The notes beneath the pieces were generated by a model, which had not been told where the DNA came from, searched no databases, and saw only the letters and a program-made list of their open reading frames with translations. Positions 52,999-62,247 of a DNA stretch of 64,000 bases are shown here, one piece after another. Source of the DNA: Candidatus Hydrogenedentota bacterium (GTDB taxonomy: Bacteria; Hydrogenedentota; Hydrogenedentia; Hydrogenedentales; GCA-2746185); assembly GCA_046583315.1 (NCBI GenBank), contig JAYGCN010000343.1, positions 1 through 64,000 on the forward strand. Direction: 5' to 3'. A program made the translations under genes and the position numbers. Position 1 is the first letter of the stretch; each line of letters opens with the position of its first letter.

Positions 52999-53451
52999 AT
53001 GCCAGCCCTGGACCGTAACACCGTAGACGAAATCCTGCAACGGATTGAGTCCATTCCTGACGACGCTGAACCAGCGTGGGGGACCCTTCGCAAAGATACC
53101 TTGGTCGGACATCTCGTCTGGGTCGTGAAAAGTTCGATGGAATCTTCAACGAATGTGCCCTATCAGGGAAACTTTTTACTGAAGAATATCGTCGGGCCGT
53201 TGTTGCGTGAGGGAATAATCAAGTTTCCAAAGAACGTGAAGTTCAAGGACAATTCGGGCGGGACGCTCAATGTCCTAAGCGAGGGAACCATGGACGATTT
53301 ACGCGAAGTGGTGGATACCTTCATTTCAGGAATCGCGGACGGAACACTGGAGACCTCAAGCCATCCTGTATTCGGCGACCTCGGATCCAAAAACTGGCCA
53401 AAATTTCACTACCGCCACTTCGAACATCACCTCGGACAGTTCGGCGCGTAG
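52999..53451 (+). CDS. DinB-like protein (DUF1569-like)
   Basis: WG.L......H, HPVFG.L and H..HHL.QFG. Confidence 0.75.
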   Translation: MPALDRNTVDEILQRIESIPDDAEPAWGTLRKDTLVGHLVWVVKSSMESSTNVPYQGNFLLKNIVGPLLREGIIKFPKNVKFKDNSGGTLNVLSEGTMDDLREVVDTFISGIADGTLETSSHPVFGDLGSKNWPKFHYRHFEHHLGQFGA

Positions 53452-53467
53452 CTAACCGGATAAATCG

Positions 53468-53953
53468 CTACCTGTTGAACTTTTCCTTCATGCGTTCCAT
53501 CACGATGTCCGGCACAAACTGTGAAGCATCTCCGCCCAACTGAACGATTTCCTTTACCAGCCGCGAGCTCACAAACATATACTCCTCGCTCGGCATGAAA
53601 CTGATCGTGTCGCAGGAAGGCAGCATTCGACGATTCGTCGCCGCCATCGTCATCTCGTTTTCAAAGTCAGACACCGCGCGCAATCCACGAATCAGCGCAA
53701 TCGCGTCCAATTCACGCACGAGATCGATAATCAATCCCTTAAACGGACGTACCTCGATACAGCCGATATGTTGCGTCAGCTCTTCAATCATGCCCACCCG
53801 TTCTTCATAGGTAAAGAGATTGTGTTTTTCCGTATTGTTCGCCACCGCCACCACAACTCTGTCAAACAACCTCGCGGCGCGTTCCATCAAGTCGATGTGC
53901 CCCTTTGTCGGCGGGTCAAAACTGCCCGGGTATACGCCTATCCGATCAGCCAT
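53468..53953 (-). CDS. coaD: Phosphopantetheine adenylyltransferase
   Basis: YPGSFDP.T.GH, RGLRAVSDFE.E and SS..VKE. Confidence 0.95.
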   Translation of the reverse strand: MADRIGVYPGSFDPPTKGHIDLMERAARLFDRVVVAVANNTEKHNLFTYEERVGMIEELTQHIGCIEVRPFKGLIIDLVRELDAIALIRGLRAVSDFENEMTMAATNRRMLPSCDTISFMPSEEYMFVSSRLVKEIVQLGGDASQFVPDIVMERMKEKFNR

Positions 53954-55136
53954 CGATAAATTCTCCTTTTATCGCCGCTGCATAAGCGGCTTCATAAACT
54001 TCCCGCGTCGTGACACCCGCTTCTCGGGCGACCCGCTCGCAATCATCATATTCCGGTGCGGTACTGCTCACCGAACCTTTGTACGTTCCAATTTTTATTC
54101 TTACAGGGGCCCACGGTGTAGCAACCGATTTCCATTCGCGTTCCAAGGTGATCCGTTCCTCGCGGCGCATACGCAAACCTAGGGTAGACGAACCGTTAAG
54201 CAGCGTATCGGCCGCCACCGAAACGAGCGCTTCATCCACCAGGACCGTGATGAGATGAGCAGGACGGCCCTTCTTGCCCAGAATCGGCGTCAGGAATACG
54301 TCACGCGCGCCGTTCACCAGTAAATCACTCACCAGGGGAGGAAACAGCTCCGGATTCATGTCGTCAATGTTTGCTTCTATCACAACCACCGTTTCATTGG
54401 CCGTTTGGCTATCAGAGGTCTCGCCGATCATCGCGCGAATCACGTTCGGACGATCCGGAATATCCTTCGTGCCGCTTCCTACGCCAACCGATTCAATCGT
54501 CATCGTCGGCATCGGACCAAAAGACTCAGCCAATTGCGCCAATAATGCCGCACCGGTAGGCGTTACGAGTTCACCATCAACCTCGCCGCCATAACTCGGC
54601 ACACCACGCAACAAAAGAGCCGTCGCCGGAGCCGGAACAGGCATAATGCCGTGGGCACACTTGACCGTGCCACTGCCGACGTGCAATGCCGAAGACTGAA
54701 TCACGTCAGGCTTTAACTGATGCAACGCCAGATGCGTCCCGACAATATCAATGATGGAATCCACGGCACCAACTTCATGAAAATGTACCTTCTCAATCGT
54801 GGTCCCATGCACTTCTGCTTCACATTCCGCCACGCGCCGAAAGGTTTCCAGGCTGGCCTTCTTCACTTCATCCGGCAGATCGCCCGATTCGATAATCTCC
54901 ACCACATGGCGCAAATGGCGATGCGGATGGTCATGCTGTTCATCCAGATGCACATCAAATTTCGTGGCCATCGTGCCGTGTTTGTTTACTTTTTCACAGG
55001 ACAGCCGATAACCATCCACTTCCAGCGTATTCAGAGACGCCTCAAGTTTCGCAAAGTCTGCCCCGGCATCAATCAGCGCGCCCACAATCATGTCGCCGGC
55101 CGCGCCGCAGAAACAATCAAAGTAAAGCATCTTCAC
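53946..55136 (-). CDS. larC: Nickel-pincer cofactor nickel insertase
   Basis: DCFCG.AGDM, His patch HDHPHRH, HFHEVGAVDS, ELVTPTGAA, NIDD, KKGRP and PEYDD. Confidence 0.93.
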   Translation of the reverse strand: MKMLYFDCFCGAAGDMIVGALIDAGADFAKLEASLNTLEVDGYRLSCEKVNKHGTMATKFDVHLDEQHDHPHRHLRHVVEIIESGDLPDEVKKASLETFRRVAECEAEVHGTTIEKVHFHEVGAVDSIIDIVGTHLALHQLKPDVIQSSALHVGSGTVKCAHGIMPVPAPATALLLRGVPSYGGEVDGELVTPTGAALLAQLAESFGPMPTMTIESVGVGSGTKDIPDRPNVIRAMIGETSDSQTANETVVVIEANIDDMNPELFPPLVSDLLVNGARDVFLTPILGKKGRPAHLITVLVDEALVSVAADTLLNGSSTLGLRMRREERITLEREWKSVATPWAPVRIKIGTYKGSVSSTAPEYDDCERVAREAGVTTREVYEAAYAAAIKGEFIDG

Positions 55137-55897
55137 GAGGCTTCTCCATTCGCCAGACGATTAATCAGCGACGCCGTAATCGCCGCACCAAATCCGTTGT
55201 CAATATTTACCACCGTCACGCCTTCCGCGCAGGAATTCAACATGCCCAACAACGCCGCAATGCCGCCAAAACTGGCTCCATAACCAACACTCGTCGGAAC
55301 CGCGATTACAGGCTTATCTACCAATCCCGCCACCGCCGTCGGCAACGCACCTTCCATACCCGCGCAAACCACAATCGCGTTCGCACCCGAAAGCGCTTCA
55401 CGCTGGTCCAATAACCGATGCAATCCCGCCACGCCGATGTCCGTGATGCGTTCTACGCGATTACCCAGCATCTCGCACGTCACAGAGGCTTCTTCGGCGA
55501 CAGGCAAATCCGAAGTACCCGCGCACACAATCGCGATATATCCCGTACGAGTCTCAGGCTCAGAAAAGGAAAGCGTCAAGCAGCGCGCCGTATCATGATA
55601 CGTCACATCCGGGTGCGCCGCCAGAACATCTTTGGCCATATCCGCATCACAACGCGTCGCCAGAATATTCGAGCCGTGTTCTTTCATATGCCCGATAATG
55701 CCGATGACCTGCTCAGAGGTCTTACCCCCGGCAAAAATAGTTTCCGGCATGCCCTTACGGATCTGGCGATGATGATCAATCTTCGCAAAACCCAGATCCT
55801 CATAAGGAAGATGTTTCAGTCTTTCAGCCGCATCCTCAGAAGACAACGCACCCGTAGCGACATCTTCCAGAAGGGCTTTTAGCTTGGTTTGGTCCAC
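55133..55897 (-). CDS. larB: Nickel-pincer cofactor carboxylase/hydrolase
   Basis: DHHR..RKG.PE, AGTSDLPVAEE, D.GVAGLHRL, PTSVGYG, LNSC and NIDNGFGAA. Confidence 0.94.
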   Translation of the reverse strand: MDQTKLKALLEDVATGALSSEDAAERLKHLPYEDLGFAKIDHHRQIRKGMPETIFAGGKTSEQVIGIIGHMKEHGSNILATRCDADMAKDVLAAHPDVTYHDTARCLTLSFSEPETRTGYIAIVCAGTSDLPVAEEASVTCEMLGNRVERITDIGVAGLHRLLDQREALSGANAIVVCAGMEGALPTAVAGLVDKPVIAVPTSVGYGASFGGIAALLGMLNSCAEGVTVVNIDNGFGAAITASLINRLANGEAS

Positions 55898-55963
55898 AAT
55901 ACACCTCGTTCCACTCGACGAAACGGGTAGTTTACGACATAAACAGTGGACATTGAAAGTTTA

Positions 55964-57088
55964 TTACGGATTATTCACACGCTCATGTTCCTGCATGATT
56001 TTAATCAGCGGTTGCATGAAACCACCCAGATCCGTGTACTCCGAATTACTCATGAAGGTAACCGCCAGTTCCTGTTCAGGAATCAGCACCAGACTCGTCC
56101 GGGTCTTGTTCTGGGAACCCGAATGTTGCGCAACGAAATCGATACCCCCTCCCTGAATGTCAAATCCAAGCCCACGCCCCGTCGCCTCACCATCGTCCGT
56201 CGGTTGTTCCATCCACATCAACGTCAAGGTCTCCGATTTGACGAGCCCGCCGTCCAGAATCTTCTTCGCAAACAACGTTAAATCTTCAATGTTCGAAATA
56301 AATCCGCCGCCGCCCAATTTCCAGTGTACGTCCCGATCACCCGAAGGCCGCGGTCCGCGCCGACTTTTGTAGTATCCCGAAACCCGATTCGGAATATCCA
56401 CCCACGGATAATCTGGTTGCATCGTTTCCATGCCGCTCGGCTCAAAAATACGGTCATGCGCCTGTTTCGCGAATGCCTCACCGCCCGCCCGTTCGACCAC
56501 CGCGCTCAGCAACATAAAACCATGTGTCGTATACGAAAATTGCGCGCCAGGTTTACCGATGAGCGGCGATTCCTTGAACTTGTCCAGAGATAAAATTACA
56601 CTCTCATAAGGATGCTCCACATCATAGTCGATTTTTGTCGGAATGACTTCGCCGTTCGAGTAATGCACGATGCCGCCCTGATGTCCCATCAACTGTCGAG
56701 CTGTAATTTTCACGCCCTTATCCGGAAACTCCGGCACATACTCACGCACATCCGCATCCAGATCCAGCTTGCCCTGTTCCCACAACTGCATCGCCGCCAA
56801 CGCCGTCACCAGCTTCGATATCGATGCCCACCGAAACATCGATTCAGTCGTCACCGGAACATTATCGCGCTGATCCGCCATGCCATAACTCTGTAAATAG
56901 ACAATCTCGCCGTGATGCACAATACCTATCGCCGCACCGACGGTCTCCTGTTTCTCCATCTCCTGCTTCATCATTGATTCGATGGATACATAGACGGGAC
57001 GCGGGAGGGTGTTGATGTTCTCCGCAGTCGCGCAGACACACACAACTAGGGTTGCCAACAAAGAAGCTAGAAATGATGTGCGTCTCAA
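55964..57088 (-). CDS. Serine hydrolase, beta-lactamase/class C-like family
   Basis: ASISK (SxxK), FSYTT and HSG; signal peptide. Confidence 0.88.
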   Translation of the reverse strand: MRRTSFLASLLATLVVCVCATAENINTLPRPVYVSIESMMKQEMEKQETVGAAIGIVHHGEIVYLQSYGMADQRDNVPVTTESMFRWASISKLVTALAAMQLWEQGKLDLDADVREYVPEFPDKGVKITARQLMGHQGGIVHYSNGEVIPTKIDYDVEHPYESVILSLDKFKESPLIGKPGAQFSYTTHGFMLLSAVVERAGGEAFAKQAHDRIFEPSGMETMQPDYPWVDIPNRVSGYYKSRRGPRPSGDRDVHWKLGGGGFISNIEDLTLFAKKILDGGLVKSETLTLMWMEQPTDDGEATGRGLGFDIQGGGIDFVAQHSGSQNKTRTSLVLIPEQELAVTFMSNSEYTDLGGFMQPLIKIMQEHERVNNP

Positions 57089-57103
57089 GATGCTTTTCTC
57101 CGG

Positions 57104-57712
57104 TTACTCCACGTAAAACTTCGTATTCCCCGACACTGTGGACTGGTCCGTCTGCGCGGTCTGTTCAAGCGTGTATTCGCCCGCGTCCCAATTTTCAGGA
57201 ATCCGGAATTGCTGGTTACTGACCCACGTCCCATCATTGCGCGTGAATTTCTGCGAGGAGATCTGCGAGATGACTTCACCGTTGCGTTTGATGATGCGCG
57301 TCTCGGTTACCGTCTTTCCCGCGCCCGTTCCCAGCAATGCGTACTGCATCGAAGCAGTCGTCATCTGGCCGCGCGGAATCGCCGTAGGTGTCACGCCTGA
57401 CATTTCAAATATCATGCTTTCGCCCTGCGAAGGCGTGTAGTTGTATTCGATGACGGTTTCCGACGCGCTAAGCCGCTTTTCGGCATTCGTCTTCTGCACA
57501 TCCTTTACGATCGCGCCACCCAAGCCACCGAGAACCGCACCAATCAAGGCTCCTTCGCCAGCGTTACCCGATTGATTGCCGATGATGGCCCCGGCCGTCG
57601 CGCCGAGGACAGCTCCGAACCCGGCCGATTCGCCAGTAGTCTCACATCCGGTTACTGTTGCGACAAAAACAAGTGCAATCAGCCCGGTTCCTATACGATT
57701 TCGTGTGTTCAT
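57104..57712 (-). CDS. Glycine-zipper lipoprotein
   Basis: VTGC lipobox followed by GAVLGATAGAIIG...GALIGAVLGGLGG. Confidence 0.8.
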   Translation of the reverse strand: MNTRNRIGTGLIALVFVATVTGCETTGESAGFGAVLGATAGAIIGNQSGNAGEGALIGAVLGGLGGAIVKDVQKTNAEKRLSASETVIEYNYTPSQGESMIFEMSGVTPTAIPRGQMTTASMQYALLGTGAGKTVTETRIIKRNGEVISQISSQKFTRNDGTWVSNQQFRIPENWDAGEYTLEQTAQTDQSTVSGNTKFYVE

Positions 57713-57803
57713 GATCGATCCTTTCGACTCAAAGGTACCCTAAATGGTTTGCATGCTATATCAAATGACGCATTTCAGGGACGATTTATTCATTTTGCGC
57801 CCC

Positions 57804-60800
57804 CTATTTGCGACTATATCCCCCTCCGCCTGGCGTTTCAAGCGTAATTTCGTCGCCTTTTTCCACCGATACCGACGCATGACCCGGCAATTCAGTCGTT
57901 TCCCCCCCCGATTGCAGCGAATTTCGCCCCGGTTGACCCTTTTCAGCCGAGCCAACGGAATAAGGCCGCGTCGTCCGTCTTTCGGACAAAATCCCCACCT
58001 CCATCGCTTCCAGAAACTCGACGCGACGTATCACCCCATCCCCGCCTCGATGTTCGCCGCCGCCGCCGCTACCCCTGCGCATGGAAAACTCATTCAACAA
58101 CACCGCGTACCGCCGCTCCAACACCTCTGGGTCCGTGATGCGCGTATTTGTCATGTGAGAATGCACCGCCGACGCGCCATCGAAATCTGGACCCGCGCCC
58201 GTGCCCCCGCAAATGGTCTCGTAATACCCGAAGTCATCCGTGCCGAAAGTAAAATTATTCATAGTGCCCTGGCTTCCTGCAACCACGCCCAGTGCCGCGC
58301 CGATAACATCCACTACCCGGTTCGATGTCTCCACATTGCCGCCGACCACCGCCGCGGGTGATTCAGGCGACAACAAGGACCCCTTCGGAATCGTAATCGT
58401 AATCGGATCGAGACATCCTGCGTTCAACGGAATCGCCTTGTCAACCAGACATCGAAAAAAGTACAACACCGCCGCTTTCACGACAGCCTCTGGCGCATTC
58501 AGATTGCCTTCAAGTTGCGCATCAGTCCCCGTGAAATCCACATGCGCGTTCTCCCCCTCAATCGCGATCGAACACGCAATGCGCGCGCCACTGTCCAGAT
58601 AATCAATCGCCTCGCGGCATCCATCCGGCAACGCGGCAATGCACGCACGCATCGCCTCCGCTGCATTCTCACGCACATGCCCCATGTACGCCTGCACCGT
58701 CCCGGTCGAGTAGGTCTCGCACAACTCCGCCAGCAAGCGTTCGCCCGTCTTGTTCGCCGCGACCTGCGCACGAAGATCGCTCATACGCTCCGGAATATTT
58801 CGCGCCGGGTAGGGTCCCGACAACAACAAATCCGTGATTTCCTGCTCGTGAAAAACATCCTCCGAAACCAGCGTGAAATTGTGAATGACAACCCCCTCCT
58901 CTTCGATAGACGTTGAAAACGGGGGCATCGAACCTGGCGTAATCCCGCCAATATCCGCGTGATGTCCCCGACTCGCCACGAAAAATACCGGAGTAGAATC
59001 GCCCATAAACACAGGAGATACAACGGTCACATCGGGCAAATGCGATCCCCCGTGAAAAGGGTCATTCGTCACATACACCTCGCCCGCAGCCATCGTGCCA
59101 CGCGCCTCAATAATCGCCCGAACACTCTCCGACATCGCCCCCAAATGCACGGGAATATGCGGCGCGTTCGCAATTAGATCGCCGCCCGCATCAAACACCG
59201 CGCACGAAAAATCCAGTCGTTCTTTGATGTTCGCCGAATGACTCACCCGCTCCAGCGTTTCGCCCATCTGCGTCGCGACCGACATGAATAGGTTGTTGAA
59301 CACCTCCAGTAAAACGGGATCACATTCAGATCCCAACGCTGCCCGTTTTGGAGAGGCCGCATGACCCGTCAACACCAGATGCCCGTATTCATTGTTCGAC
59401 GCCGACCACCCGTTATCAAGAACAATTGTCGATACCGCTTCAACCACAAGCGCCGGACCCGATAACGTCGCGCCCGGCAACAAATCATCCCGGCGATAAA
59501 CAGGCACGGTCTGCATTGAATCGGATTGCGCACTCCACATATCCACGTGCGCCACGGCATCCAAGTCGTCAACGGGTCCGCCATCCAGTTCCAGCGCGAA
59601 ATCTTTCGGTTTTACCGTATGCCCCACCGACTCCACCCGCGCATTCACGATTTCAATCGCCGTATCCTTCTGCACAAACCCATAGAGTTGCTGATGGCGC
59701 TCCTCAAACGATTCAATCACCTTCGCGGAATCCGTCAACAGCACATTCAGATACGCATCCACACCTGTATAGCGCAGATCCAGCGACCGCAGATGCTCAA
59801 TCTGATCCAGAGAATATCCCTCGTCGACGAGATGTCGCGTTCCGTCATCCTCCATCGACGCGAAGACCCCATCCAACATCTCAAGCGAGTCCTGCGCATA
59901 AATTTCCAGCACCGATCGCGATTGACTCACCCGCGAATCCGCCAGCCCCATGCCATACGCACTCAACACGCCCGCGTAGGGATGAATCAGCACGGCTTTC
60001 ATGCCCAGTGACTCCGCCAGCGCACACGCATGTTGCGCGCCAGCACCCCCGAACGACACCAGTGCATACCCCTGCACATCGTAGCCCCGCGCGACGCTGA
60101 TCTCCTTAATCGGCTTGACCATGTTTTCATTGGCAATGCGGATAAAACCGGCTGCGACCTCTTCAACACTCCACTCCCGACCCGTACGCTCTCCAATCGC
60201 CCGGGCAAGTTCAGCGAGCGCAGCACGCGATGCACCCGCATCAAGACATTCATCCCCGTCCGGCCCGAAACACGCGGGGAAAAATTCCGCCTGAACGCGA
60301 CCCAGCAGCACATTCGCATCCGTCACAGTCGCCGGACCTCCATTGCGATAACACGCCGGACCCGGATAGGCCCCGGCACTTTCCGGTCCCACCAAAAATC
60401 GACCATCTTCAAATCGCAATATCGATCCGCCACCCGCCGCGACCGTTTCAATCGCCATCATCGGAGCCTTCAACCGAACGCCCGCCACCTTCGTCTCAAA
60501 CACACGCTCATACTGTCCGTCGAAGCGACTCACATCCGTTGACGTGCCGCCCATATCGAAGCCGATGGTTTTGTCATAACCCGCCACCTGCCCGACATGC
60601 GCAAATGCCACCACGCCGCCCGCCGGCCCCGACAAAATCGCGTTCTTCCCGCTAAACGTCGCCGCGTCGGTAAGTCCGCCGTTCGACTGCATGAATCGTA
60701 ATGGAGTATCGGGGTCAAGATACGCGCGCAGTCGACCAATGTACTCGCGAAGAATCGGCGTGAGATACGCATCGACCACCGTCGTATCCCCGCGCCCCAC

Positions 60801-61403
60801 CGCCTTGATTTCCGGGGCCACCTCATGACTCAGGCTAATCTGGCCGAATCCCGCCTCTTTCGCCATTGCGCCGATACATTTCTCATGTTCCGGATACGCA
60901 AAGCCATGAATCAACACCACCGCGAGAGCATCGATCCCTTCACCCTGTAGCGTTGCAAGCGCCGAACGCACCTCGTCCTCATCCAGCGATTTCCGCACCG
61001 TACCGTCCGCCATCACCCGCTCATCAATTTCGATAACGTGGTCCGTGAGCGTCTCCGGCTTCTGAATATTCAACGCAAACAGGTCGGGCCTGTCCTGATA
61101 GCCAATTTGCAATAGATCACGAAACCCCTTCGTCACCAGCATCGCGACCCTGGCACCCTTACGCTCCAACAAGGCATTCGTCGCCAGCGTTGTCCCCATT
61201 TTTATCGAATGAACGGACGCTGCAGGAATCGCAGCGTCCCCCTCAAGCCCAAGCATCGTGCGAATCGCGTGCAACGGCGCGTCCGCATACCGATCCGGGT
61301 TATCACTGAGTAATTTCTCAACCCGAATCGACCCCTCCGGATCGCGTGCCACGACATCCGTAAAGGTACCGCCGCGATCAATCCAGAATTCCCAACCCGA
61401 CAC
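57804..61403 (-). CDS. ATP-dependent 5-oxoprolinase (fused hydantoinase A and B domains)
   Basis: IDRGGTFTD, DMGGTSTDVS, NIKERLDFSCA, NAPHIPVHLG and TPGGGGY. Confidence 0.93.
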   Translation of the reverse strand: MSGWEFWIDRGGTFTDVVARDPEGSIRVEKLLSDNPDRYADAPLHAIRTMLGLEGDAAIPAASVHSIKMGTTLATNALLERKGARVAMLVTKGFRDLLQIGYQDRPDLFALNIQKPETLTDHVIEIDERVMADGTVRKSLDEDEVRSALATLQGEGIDALAVVLIHGFAYPEHEKCIGAMAKEAGFGQISLSHEVAPEIKAVGRGDTTVVDAYLTPILREYIGRLRAYLDPDTPLRFMQSNGGLTDAATFSGKNAILSGPAGGVVAFAHVGQVAGYDKTIGFDMGGTSTDVSRFDGQYERVFETKVAGVRLKAPMMAIETVAAGGGSILRFEDGRFLVGPESAGAYPGPACYRNGGPATVTDANVLLGRVQAEFFPACFGPDGDECLDAGASRAALAELARAIGERTGREWSVEEVAAGFIRIANENMVKPIKEISVARGYDVQGYALVSFGGAGAQHACALAESLGMKAVLIHPYAGVLSAYGMGLADSRVSQSRSVLEIYAQDSLEMLDGVFASMEDDGTRHLVDEGYSLDQIEHLRSLDLRYTGVDAYLNVLLTDSAKVIESFEERHQQLYGFVQKDTAIEIVNARVESVGHTVKPKDFALELDGGPVDDLDAVAHVDMWSAQSDSMQTVPVYRRDDLLPGATLSGPALVVEAVSTIVLDNGWSASNNEYGHLVLTGHAASPKRAALGSECDPVLLEVFNNLFMSVATQMGETLERVSHSANIKERLDFSCAVFDAGGDLIANAPHIPVHLGAMSESVRAIIEARGTMAAGEVYVTNDPFHGGSHLPDVTVVSPVFMGDSTPVFFVASRGHHADIGGITPGSMPPFSTSIEEEGVVIHNFTLVSEDVFHEQEITDLLLSGPYPARNIPERMSDLRAQVAANKTGERLLAELCETYSTGTVQAYMGHVRENAAEAMRACIAALPDGCREAIDYLDSGARIACSIAIEGENAHVDFTGTDAQLEGNLNAPEAVVKAAVLYFFRCLVDKAIPLNAGCLDPITITIPKGSLLSPESPAAVVGGNVETSNRVVDVIGAALGVVAGSQGTMNNFTFGTDDFGYYETICGGTGAGPDFDGASAVHSHMTNTRITDPEVLERRYAVLLNEFSMRRGSGGGGEHRGGDGVIRRVEFLEAMEVGILSERRTTRPYSVGSAEKGQPGRNSLQSGGETTELPGHASVSVEKGDEITLETPGGGGYSRK

Positions 61404-61558
61404 GATATGGCCCCTTGGTATGTGGAAGTATCTGGGCCTAATAGCCCCTGTTTACAGGGCGAGTATAACATAGCCGCCGACCCCGTTCGCGTAAATCAAA
61501 ATCACGTGGTATACTCCGATCACGCCGTAAATTGGCCCCTCAGGAGAACCACAGAACC

Positions 61559-62140
61559 ATGAAAAAAACGTTGCCCACGCTCGTTCTGCCACTCATTCTC
61601 GCGGCATTCAGCATTCCCGCTTTCGCCGATGGCCGTACCGACGACGAACTCAATCAGGCACTGGGAAACTGGGTCGTCAACTCCATTCACGCCGGCATGC
61701 ACGACCCCGAATTGATGGATGCCCTCTGGAACAAAGCCGCCGACCTGCTGGGCAAAGATGACCGAAAAGCCGCCCACATCCCCGAGACCATCCGACACCG
61801 CGAACGCGCCGTCCTCGTGGAACGCGATATGAAGGTTGAGAAAAAAGGCGGGCCTCCCCCCTGGGCACCCGCTCACGGATGGCGCAACAAATTCGGACAC
61901 CAGCAAGAACGTGAACTCGGCCACTACATCACCGCCAGAGTCGAAGAAGGCATCTACGGAAGCGTGCTCATCGATCTCGTCCACAAACAGATTAAACAAG
62001 TGAGCCTCGGCGGAAAAATCGGCGACAACCTCGTCGTTAACGCCACCATACTGGGCGACAGCGACCCCGAAGCTCACGGTTCAAAAAATAGAGGGAACAG
62101 GGGTAAAACACAAGACAAGCAAAGAGGCAAGAAGCACTAA
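61559..62140 (+). CDS. Secreted hypothetical protein with PPPWAPAHGW motif
   Basis: AGGAG RBS, signal peptide (...PAFA-D), GGPPPWAPAHGWRNK and a basic tail. Confidence 0.7.
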   Translation: MKKTLPTLVLPLILAAFSIPAFADGRTDDELNQALGNWVVNSIHAGMHDPELMDALWNKAADLLGKDDRKAAHIPETIRHRERAVLVERDMKVEKKGGPPPWAPAHGWRNKFGHQQERELGHYITARVEEGIYGSVLIDLVHKQIKQVSLGGKIGDNLVVNATILGDSDPEAHGSKNRGNRGKTQDKQRGKKH

Positions 62141-62193
62141 CGCCGGTTGCGGGAAAAATTGCGCGCACGTCAAACGCGTAATGCAGCGGAATC

Positions 62194-62222
62194 AAGCGGG
62201 GGCGACCGAGTCGCCCCCGCTT
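62194..62222. terminator. Strong hairpin between convergent genes (likely terminator)
   Basis: AAGCGGGGGCGAC-CGA-GTCGCCCCCGCTT, a perfect 13-bp stem. Confidence 0.75.
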
Positions 62223-62247
62223 CCGTTTCTAAACCCTAATTAATTCA

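Noticed and set aside
55964..57088. True beta-lactamase resistance gene
   Set aside because: Only generic family motifs are present (YTT and HSG rather than YxN and KTG), so it cannot be called resistance.
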